A stretch of DNA of 54,317 nucleotides from Candidatus Omnitrophota bacterium (lineage in GTDB: Bacteria > Omnitrophota > Gorgyraeia > Gorgyraeales > Gorgyraeaceae), in assembly GCA_043822665.1 (NCBI GenBank), contig JBDRBM010000016.1, forward strand, positions 1 through 54,317. The letters run 5' to 3'. Position 1 is the first letter of the stretch; every line of letters begins with the position of its first letter. The position numbers and the translations under genes are program-made. The notes under the pieces were generated by a model. That model was not told the DNA's origin and did not search any database. It saw nothing but the letters and a program-made list of their open reading frames with translations. Positions 1 through 6,956 of this stretch are shown here, piece after piece.

Positions 1-56
1 TACCGATGTATATTTAGAGGGCGAGGCAAAGAAGGTTTATGCTGGAGAGGTGAACT

Positions 57-932
57 ATGTTTAAAGGCGCGATGACAGCTATTATAACACCGTTTAAAAA
101 AGGCAAGGTGGATGAAAAGAAACTGGCTGAGCTGGTAGAACTGCAGATAAAAGGCGGGGTGAGCGCTATTGTCCCCTGCGGCACAACAGGAGAATCCGGC
201 ACGCTTTCTTATGAGGAGCACGAACGCGTTATAGAGGTGGTAATTGAAGCTGTAGATAAGAGAGTTTCAGTTATTGCCGGGACAGGGTCAAATAATACCA
301 CAGAGGCAATCATGCTGACCGCTCATGCAAAAACCTCAGGCGCGGACGCGTCTTTACAGATTACGCCGTATTATAACAAGCCGACACAGGAAGGGATTTA
401 TCTGCATTTTAAGAAAATCGCTGAAGAGGTAGGCTTGCCCATGATAGTGTATAATATTGCCTCCCGGACAGGTGTTAATATTTTGCCCGAGACAATACAC
501 AGGATTAGTAAAGTAAAAAATATAGTTGGTGTAAAAGAGGCAAGCGGCAGTCTTGAGCAGATGTCCATGATTCATTATCTTTGCGGAGATAAGTTTGACC
601 TGATATCAGGAGATGACAGTCTTACATTGCCGCTTCTTGCTATAGGCGGCACAGGGGTTATCTCCGTAGTCAGCAATATTGCGCCAAATGATGTGGCGGA
701 TATGGTTTTAAAATTCCAAAAAGGCGATATAGACGGCGCGAAAAAGCTGCATTATAAACTTTTACCGCTTGTTAAGGCTGTTTTTATTGAGACAAACCCG
801 ATTCCTGTAAAGACAGCTATGGCGCTTATGGGTTTAATAGATACGGCAGATCTGCGGCTTCCAATGTGCGCGATGTCGGATGTAAACTTAGGACATCTGA
901 AAAAGGCCCTGAAGGATTACGGGTTATTATAG
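57..932 (+). CDS. dapA: 4-hydroxy-tetrahydrodipicolinate synthase
   Basis: 291-aa ORF. GTTGES motif and VGVKEASG active-site lysine context are typical of DHDPS. SD ggagagg lies upstream, and dapB follows directly. Confidence 0.9.
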   Translation: MFKGAMTAIITPFKKGKVDEKKLAELVELQIKGGVSAIVPCGTTGESGTLSYEEHERVIEVVIEAVDKRVSVIAGTGSNNTTEAIMLTAHAKTSGADASLQITPYYNKPTQEGIYLHFKKIAEEVGLPMIVYNIASRTGVNILPETIHRISKVKNIVGVKEASGSLEQMSMIHYLCGDKFDLISGDDSLTLPLLAIGGTGVISVVSNIAPNDVADMVLKFQKGDIDGAKKLHYKLLPLVKAVFIETNPIPVKTAMALMGLIDTADLRLPMCAMSDVNLGHLKKALKDYGLL

Positions 933-965
933 GAGATATTGTTCGCAAATATACAAGGAGAAGAT

Positions 966-1715
966 ATGATTCGGATAATTATTAGCGGTATAGCCGGAAG
1001 AATGGGCAGGAGAATAGGTATCCTGGCGTCGAAAGACAGTGATTTTGAAATTGCAGGCGCTTTGGAATTCCCTGAAAGCCCTGCCATAGGAAAAGATGCC
1101 GGAGAATTGCTGGGCATTGGCAATATAGGCAAAAAGGTGCAATCCGGCATTGGCAATATAGGCGCTGCAGGTGACGTCATTATAGAGTTTACGACACCTG
1201 ATGCGACAATCGCGCGCTTGGAGGAAGCCAGCAAGAAAAAGATAGCCATGGTAATAGGTACGACCGCGCTTTCTTCTCAGCAGGTGGAAAAGATACACAA
1301 GGCGTCCAGGGATATACCAATAGTGCTTTCACCCAACATGAGCGTTGGCGCGAATCTAATGTTTAAGATTACCGAACAGGCCGCGCGGCTTCTTGGCAAG
1401 GATTATGACGTCGAGATTATAGAAGCGCATCATGATAAAAAAAAGGACGCTCCAAGCGGTACGGCTAAAAGACTCGGAGAAGCTGTTTTAAATGTAAAGG
1501 GCAAAATACCGCCTATCCATTCTATTAGGTTAGGTGACATAGTCGGCGATCACACTGTTATTTTTGCCGGTAATGGAGAAAGGCTGGAATTGACACACAG
1601 GGCCCATTCTCGTGACGCATTTGCAAAAGGCGCGCTTGGAGCCGCTAAATTCTTAACAGCAAAAAAGTCAGGGTTGTACCATATGCACGACGTAATACAA
1701 TCAAGCCATAAATAA
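966..1715 (+). CDS. dapB: 4-hydroxy-tetrahydrodipicolinate reductase
   Basis: GIAGRMGR dinucleotide-binding motif and EAHHDKKKDAPSGTA catalytic motif. Start moved to the ATG at 966, which follows SD aaggaga (the ORF track starts at 939). Confidence 0.88.
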   Translation: MIRIIISGIAGRMGRRIGILASKDSDFEIAGALEFPESPAIGKDAGELLGIGNIGKKVQSGIGNIGAAGDVIIEFTTPDATIARLEEASKKKIAMVIGTTALSSQQVEKIHKASRDIPIVLSPNMSVGANLMFKITEQAARLLGKDYDVEIIEAHHDKKKDAPSGTAKRLGEAVLNVKGKIPPIHSIRLGDIVGDHTVIFAGNGERLELTHRAHSRDAFAKGALGAAKFLTAKKSGLYHMHDVIQSSHK

Positions 1716-1747
1716 TCCGCCCGGGCGGTTTATAATGAAAGGTGAAT

Positions 1748-2914
1748 ATGGATTTTGCTTTAAGTAAAAGATTGACAAAGCTGCCGCCGTATTTATTTGT
1801 AGAGATTGACAAGGCGAAACGCAAGGCTATATCAGAAGGAAGAGATATAATAGACCTTGGCATAGGAGATCCTGACAATGGTTCTCCCAAAGAAGTAATA
1901 GAATCTCTTTGTAAGGCCCTTCAGGATCCAAAAAATCATCATTATCCCTTAGACCAGGGAATACCTTCTTTCAGAAAAAAGGCAGCGGAGTGGTATAAGA
2001 ATAGATTTGGCATTATGCTTGATCCGGACAGGGAGATACTGGCGCTTATTGGTTCAAAAGAAGGCATCAGCCATATGCCATTGGCGTTTATAAACCCGGG
2101 AGAAATCTCTCTTGTGCCGGATCCGTGTTACCCGCCGTATAAATACGGGACTATCCTGGCAGGAGGGGTAGTCCATGCAATGCCGCTATTGGAAGAGAAT
2201 AATTTTTTACCTGATCTGAAAAAGATAAAAAAAGACACGCTAAAAAGATCCAGGATTCTTTATATCAATTATCCTAATAATCCTACAAGCGCTGTATGCG
2301 AAAAGGGATTTTTTGAGGATGTTGTGCTGTTTGCGAAAAAATACGGCCTTATAGTTGCGCATGACGCCGCGTATTCTGAGATAGCGTTTGACGGATACAG
2401 GCCAGGTAGTTTTTTAAAGGTTAGAGGCGCTAAAGATATAGGAGTGGAGTTCCACTCGCTTTCCAAGACATGCAACATGACCGGATGGCGCATAGGATTT
2501 GTCTGCGGCAATGAGAAGATAATCTCCGCGATAGGAAAGGTAAAGTCTAATATAGACTCCGGCGTATTTAACGCTATTCAGATCGCGGGGATAACCGCAT
2601 TGGATATAGCTAGAGAGCATTCAAAAAAGATGAACGCTGTTTATCAAGGCAGGCGCGATGCGCTTGTAGACGGCCTTAATTTAATCGGATGGAAGACGAA
2701 AAAACCAAAGGCTACTTTTTATGTATGGACAGCGCTTCCTAAACCACATAAGTCTTCAATAAAGTTTGCCAAACAAGTGCTTAAAGACGCGGGGATTATA
2801 ATTACTCCTGGCATAGGTTTTGGAGAAAGCGGCGAAGGTTATGTGAGGATGGCGCTTACTGTTTCCATTGAGCGCATACAGGAAGCCGTGGACAGGCTAA
2901 AGAAAATCTTATAG
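1748..2914 (+). CDS. dapL: LL-diaminopimelate aminotransferase-like class I/II aminotransferase
   Basis: N-terminus LPPYLF..IDK.K and LGIGDPD, plus PLP-lysine motif SLSKTCNMTGWRIGF. Clustered with dapA/dapB. Start is probably the ATG at 1748 (a GTG at 1742 is also possible). Confidence 0.7.
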   Translation: MDFALSKRLTKLPPYLFVEIDKAKRKAISEGRDIIDLGIGDPDNGSPKEVIESLCKALQDPKNHHYPLDQGIPSFRKKAAEWYKNRFGIMLDPDREILALIGSKEGISHMPLAFINPGEISLVPDPCYPPYKYGTILAGGVVHAMPLLEENNFLPDLKKIKKDTLKRSRILYINYPNNPTSAVCEKGFFEDVVLFAKKYGLIVAHDAAYSEIAFDGYRPGSFLKVRGAKDIGVEFHSLSKTCNMTGWRIGFVCGNEKIISAIGKVKSNIDSGVFNAIQIAGITALDIAREHSKKMNAVYQGRRDALVDGLNLIGWKTKKPKATFYVWTALPKPHKSSIKFAKQVLKDAGIIITPGIGFGESGEGYVRMALTVSIERIQEAVDRLKKIL

Positions 2915-3035
2915 CTTAACTTGATATAGCAGGAATTTCCTTTTTGTAGGCACACATTAGTAGGGGACCCTTAAGGGTCCCCTACTAATGTGCTTAACTT
3001 GACGAAACTTACAATGTAAGAATCGTCAAGTTAAA
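2915..3035. repeat. Composite palindromic repeat, family A copy 1 (MITE/REP-like)
   Basis: Perfect 40-bp palindrome at 2953-2992 (cacattagtaggggaccc ttaa gggtcccctactaatgtg). Second hairpin at 2994-3034 (ttaacttgacga...tcgtcaagttaa). Element is bounded by the inverted termini cttaacttga / tcaagttaa. 56 nt are identical to the reverse complement of 10200-10255. Confidence 0.85.
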
Positions 3036-3045
3036 GGGTTTTGGG

Positions 3046-3441
3046 ATGCGGTGTTATATTGGAATTGGGTCAAATCTTGGGGATAGGCAGAAAAACATTG
3101 AGTTGGCTATTCAGAAATTACAAGATAGAAAGGGTATAGAAGTAAAAAAGGTTTCGCCTCTCTACGAGACAGACCCCGTAGGAGGACCTGAGCAGCCAAG
3201 ATATCTTAATGGCGTGATAGAGATAGATACAGAGCTTAGGCCAAGAGCGCTTTTGCGCTGCATTCAGGAGATAGAGTCTTGTCTTGGCAGGATAAGAACA
3301 GTTAAAAACGGGCCGCGGACAATAGATCTGGATATACTGACATATGGCGGCCGAAACATAGATGAGCCTGGTTTAAGGATTCCGCATCCCAGGATGGCTG
3401 AAAGAGAATTTGTCCAGAAGCCGCTGAAAGATCTAACTTAA
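3046..3441 (+). CDS. folK: 2-amino-4-hydroxy-6-hydroxymethyldihydropteridine diphosphokinase (HPPK)
   Basis: 131 aa with IGSNLGDR, TIDLDIL and IPHPRM motifs characteristic of HPPK. Confidence 0.85.
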   Translation: MRCYIGIGSNLGDRQKNIELAIQKLQDRKGIEVKKVSPLYETDPVGGPEQPRYLNGVIEIDTELRPRALLRCIQEIESCLGRIRTVKNGPRTIDLDILTYGGRNIDEPGLRIPHPRMAEREFVQKPLKDLT

Positions 3442-3486
3442 CCCTCTCCCCAACGGTGAGAGGGTAGGGTGAGGGGAGAGAGAGGT

Positions 3487-4329
3487 ATGAAGCTATATAA
3501 GAGCGCAGGATTACTGAGTAAAGATATATGTTGGTTGAAGCGCAAAGGCAAGGTCATAGGTTTTGTTCCGACCATGGGGTATCTGCATGAAGGGCACCGG
3601 AGTCTTATAAGAAAGGCCAGAAGAGATACGGATATTGTTGTAGTGAGTATTTTTGTAAACCCGTTACAGTTTGGGCCAAAAGAAGATTTAGAAAAATACC
3701 CCAGAGACCCAAGACAGGATTTAGCTCTTTGTAAACGCTCAGGCGTAGACATAGTTTTTACACCTTATTCAAAAATCATGTACCCTAAAGACTTTTCTAC
3801 ATATGTCAATGTCGAGGGCCTTACCGAAGGCCTGTGCGGCGCATCAAGGCCCGGGCACTTCAGAGGGGTGGCTACAGTAGTTACAAAGCTTTTTAATATA
3901 GTATCTCCTGATATTGCGTATTTCGGGCAAAAAGATGCTCAACAGGCGACAGTCATAAAGAAGATGGCCGGGGATTTAGATATGCCGGTAAAGATAAAAG
4001 TAATGCCTACAGTGAGAGAGAAAGACGGCCTTGCAATGAGCTCGCGGAACGCATATTTAAATCCTGACGAACGCGTCAAGGCAATTTTTTTATACAAATC
4101 TCTAAGATTGGCCGGAGAACTTTACAAAAAAGGTGAAACCAGTCCGAGAGAGATAATAACTAAAATGCGTAAGTTATTACTTGAACAGAAAGCCATTACG
4201 ATAGATTATATATCCATAGTGGATCCAGAAAAACTTGTAGATGTAAAAAGGATATGCGGAAGGGTATTGGTCGCGGCAGCGGTACGCATTGGCAAAACCA
4301 GGTTGATAGATAATATAATATTGAACTGA
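3487..4329 (+). CDS. panC: pantoate--beta-alanine ligase
   Basis: PTMGYLHEGHRSL and FVNPLQF motifs. The ATG at 3487 follows a G/A-rich SD (the ORF track starts at 3469). Confidence 0.9.
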   Translation: MKLYKSAGLLSKDICWLKRKGKVIGFVPTMGYLHEGHRSLIRKARRDTDIVVVSIFVNPLQFGPKEDLEKYPRDPRQDLALCKRSGVDIVFTPYSKIMYPKDFSTYVNVEGLTEGLCGASRPGHFRGVATVVTKLFNIVSPDIAYFGQKDAQQATVIKKMAGDLDMPVKIKVMPTVREKDGLAMSSRNAYLNPDERVKAIFLYKSLRLAGELYKKGETSPREIITKMRKLLLEQKAITIDYISIVDPEKLVDVKRICGRVLVAAAVRIGKTRLIDNIILN

Positions 4330-4346
4330 AAGGAGCTGTAGATAAA

Positions 4347-4703
4347 ATGTTACGCACAATGTTAAAGTCGAAGATACAAAAGGCAGTTGTTATTGAAACC
4401 AACCTTGAATATAGCGGCAGTATTACAATAGATTCAGAAATACTTGATGCGGCTGACATCATTTCCAACGAGAAGGTGCAGGTGGTGAATTTGAATAATG
4501 GCAGCAGGTTGGAGACGTACGTCATACCGGGGGCAAGTGGGTCAGGGATTATAGGCATGAATGGCGGCGCGGCAAGATATGCTGTGGCTGGCGACAAGTT
4601 GCTTATAATGTCCTATGTCCTGACAGAAACAAAAGACGCGCTTGGCCATAAACCCAAGATAGTTTACCTGGACAGCGACAATAAAATCGTGGATAAGAGG
4701 TAG
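4347..4703 (+). CDS. panD: aspartate 1-decarboxylase (pyruvoyl-dependent)
   Basis: 118 aa, MLRTMLKSKI N-terminus, YSGSITID self-cleavage (Gly-Ser) site. Adjacent to panC. Confidence 0.9.
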   Translation: MLRTMLKSKIQKAVVIETNLEYSGSITIDSEILDAADIISNEKVQVVNLNNGSRLETYVIPGASGSGIIGMNGGAARYAVAGDKLLIMSYVLTETKDALGHKPKIVYLDSDNKIVDKR

Positions 4704-4721
4704 CAGGGCGACGAGGTAACA

Positions 4722-5699
4722 GTGAAGGCATATACAAAAAAAGACGACCTGAAATACAAAGAGAACCTAAAAAAGAAGATAGCTCAGCTTAAAAAAGAAA
4801 GAGACGCTGTAATAATAGTCCATAACTATCAAAGGGATGAGATCCAGGATATAGCTGATATAAGCGGCGACTCTCTTGCCCTTAGCCAGGCAGCAGTCAG
4901 GGCTGACGCAAAGGTGATAGTTTTTTGCGGCGTTGATTTTATGGCAGAAAGCGCCTCAATATTAAATCCTGACAAGATCGTGCTTTTGCCTGTTAAGGAA
5001 GCCGGCTGTCCAATGGCGGACATGGTTACCATAGAGCGTCTGCGCGAGGAAAGAAAGCAGCATCCGGATGCTGCAGTGGTATGCTACGTGAATTCTTCGG
5101 CCGCGATAAAGGCGGAAAGCGATATATGCTGTACGTCTTCCAATGCTATTCAGATAGTAAAATCCCTCAAAGACCATAAAGAGGTTATATTTATACCTGA
5201 TAAGAATCTTGGCAGGTATGTCCAGCGGAATGTCCCTGATAAAAAGATTATACTTTGGGAAGGGTTTTGCCCTACACACATTCGTGTCTCAAAAGAAGAA
5301 GTCCTAAAGATAAAGGAATCGCATCCTGAAGCTGAAATACTGGCGCATCCTGAATGCAATCCAGACGTGCTATCTGTCAGTGACCATATCTGCAGCACCG
5401 GCGGTATGTTTACATATGTCAAAAGTTCCAAAGCAAAATCCTTTATTATAGTGACTGAATCCGGCATGTTGTATGGTTTAAAAAAGGCAAACCCTGATAA
5501 GGATTTTTATGTGCCCAGCGAACGATTGGTATGCCCGACTATGAAATTAACAACGTTAGGCTGGGTCGTGCATTCACTGGAGGCCATGGAATATCAGGTC
5601 AAGATCACGGGCGATATAAAAGAGCGGGCATATAAATCGCTGGGACGTATGCTTAAGGTTTCAGGAGAAAAATCAGGCGCTGCGATTTCGGGTGTTTAA
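4722..5699 (+). CDS. nadA: quinolinate synthase
   Basis: 325 aa. VHNYQ..EIQDIAD..GDSL N-terminal signature and overall NadA-like layout. GTG start after SD gaggt. Confidence 0.85.
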   Translation: MKAYTKKDDLKYKENLKKKIAQLKKERDAVIIVHNYQRDEIQDIADISGDSLALSQAAVRADAKVIVFCGVDFMAESASILNPDKIVLLPVKEAGCPMADMVTIERLREERKQHPDAAVVCYVNSSAAIKAESDICCTSSNAIQIVKSLKDHKEVIFIPDKNLGRYVQRNVPDKKIILWEGFCPTHIRVSKEEVLKIKESHPEAEILAHPECNPDVLSVSDHICSTGGMFTYVKSSKAKSFIIVTESGMLYGLKKANPDKDFYVPSERLVCPTMKLTTLGWVVHSLEAMEYQVKITGDIKERAYKSLGRMLKVSGEKSGAAISGV

Positions 5700-5703
5700 T
5701 TTA

Positions 5704-5759
5704 AGCTATCAGCGGTCAGCTTTCAGCCTTCAGCAGCTGATAGCTGATAGCCGAAAGCT
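5704..5759. repeat. Heptad-periodic inverted repeat, family B copy 1
   Basis: Four direct 7-mers NNTCAGC (tatcagc ggtcagc tttcagc cttcagc) are followed by the inverted 7-mers gctgata gctgata gccgaaa. The element fills the nadA-nadX gap. Confidence 0.85.
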
Positions 5760-5764
5760 CATTT

Positions 5765-6550
5765 ATGAAAAAAATTGGGATAATCGGTTGCGGGACCATA
5801 GGCACAGGTATAGCCGAATTTATCAGTAAAGAATTTAAAAATAAGGCTATAGTTGTCGCTCTGTGCGATGTTGATCTGGATAAAGCTAAGCGCCTTTCCA
5901 GGAAAATTAAACCATCTCCTTCAATAATGAGGCTGGACGAATTGATAAGAAAAAGTGATTTGGTGGTAGAGGCGGCTAGCGGAGAAGCTGCCGGGGTAGT
6001 CGTTAGAAAATCTATTCTCAATAAAAAAGATTGTCTGATTATGAGCACAGGGGGACTGCTAAAAACTCCAGGATTGCTTAAAGAGGCAAAGGCGAAAGGT
6101 GTAAATATTTATATACCAAGCGGCGCTGTCTGTGGCGTTGACGGTCTTATTTCAGCCAGTGCTGGCAGGATAAAAAAGGTGCGATTGACCACAAGAAAAC
6201 CTGCCAAAGGATTGATCGGCGCGCCATATCTTAAGAGCATGGGTATAGATATAAAAAGGATAAAAAAGGAGACCGTGATATACAAGGGTTCAGCGAGAGA
6301 TGCCGTAAGGCACTTTCCCCAGAACATAAACGTGGCAGCGACAGTAAGTCTTTCAGGGATTGGGCCAGACCGGACTCAAGTGAGGATAATCACTTCCCCT
6401 GAATATAAAAGGAATACACACGAGCTGGAGGTGGAAGGTGATTTCGGCAGGCTTTTTACAAGAACAGAGAACCTGCCTTCAAAAGAGAATCCAAAAACAA
6501 GTCAGCTGGCAATATTTTCAGCGCTCGCAAAGTTAAGAGAGGTAACTTGA
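5765..6550 (+). CDS. nadX: L-aspartate dehydrogenase
   Basis: 261 aa. GIIGCGTIG Rossmann motif and a C-terminal NPKTS..A..S segment typical of the Asp-DH family. Adjacent to nadA. Confidence 0.75.
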   Translation: MKKIGIIGCGTIGTGIAEFISKEFKNKAIVVALCDVDLDKAKRLSRKIKPSPSIMRLDELIRKSDLVVEAASGEAAGVVVRKSILNKKDCLIMSTGGLLKTPGLLKEAKAKGVNIYIPSGAVCGVDGLISASAGRIKKVRLTTRKPAKGLIGAPYLKSMGIDIKRIKKETVIYKGSARDAVRHFPQNINVAATVSLSGIGPDRTQVRIITSPEYKRNTHELEVEGDFGRLFTRTENLPSKENPKTSQLAIFSALAKLREVT

Positions 6551-6551
6551 T

Positions 6552-6692
6552 ATGGATAGATGTAAAAATTATAAAAAAAACATGGAAGAATGCCATTGCA
6601 CATACGAACCCTGCTCAAGAAAAGGGATCTGCTGTGAATGTCTGAGGTACCATTTGAAAAATGGCGGAATGCCAGCTTGTATTAAAGAGTAA
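6552..6692 (+). CDS. small cysteine-rich protein (46 aa)
   Basis: ATG at 6552, TAA at 6690-6692, in frame. Translation [46 protein letters not shown] has 8 Cys in a CxC...C...CCxC...C pattern. Absent from the ORF track because it is under 60 aa. Confidence 0.45.
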   Translation: MDRCKNYKKNMEECHCTYEPCSRKGICCECLRYHLKNGGMPACIKE

Positions 6693-6726
6693 GCAAAAAT
6701 ATAAAAATGAAGGGGGGTGAAATAAT

Positions 6727-6855
6727 ATGGCAGAAAAAGTAATGAAATGCGGCATAAAGAAAGAGAAGGGATATCTTTATTTTATTGATAAGAAAGGGGA
6801 TATCTCCAGAGCAAAGATGGCCCGCGGCGGCAAGAAAAAGAAGAAGAGAAGATAG
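6727..6855 (+). CDS. small highly basic protein (42 aa)
   Basis: Strong SD aaggggggtg 7 nt upstream of the ATG at 6727. Translation MAEKVMKCGIKKEKGYLYFIDKKGDISRAKMARGGKKKKKRR. Followed by a terminator. Confidence 0.45.
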   Translation: MAEKVMKCGIKKEKGYLYFIDKKGDISRAKMARGGKKKKKRR

Positions 6856-6868
6856 TAATCAAAGTTCA

Positions 6869-6927
6869 ATCCCGCCCTTCCGAGTTTTAAATGTGCTGAA
6901 CATTGACAGAAGGGCGGGATTTCTTTT
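6869..6927 (+). terminator. Rho-independent terminator
   Basis: 12-bp stem atcccgcccttc / gaagggcgggat followed by ttctttt. Confidence 0.7.
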
Positions 6928-6956
6928 ACAGTAGAGGAATTTTCTTATGAAATCTT

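Noticed and set aside
5704-5759. Heptad and palindromic repeats as a possible CRISPR array
   Set aside because: The units are 7 nt and contiguous, with no spacers. The copies are inverted arms of hairpins. There are no cas genes in the window.
6933-6946. 14-mer agaggaattttctt shared with 13362-13375 upstream of two TPR-protein genes
   Set aside because: A single shared 14-mer in an AT-rich 54-kb window is within chance expectation (several such pairs are expected). It probably just reflects an SD-plus-spacer sequence.
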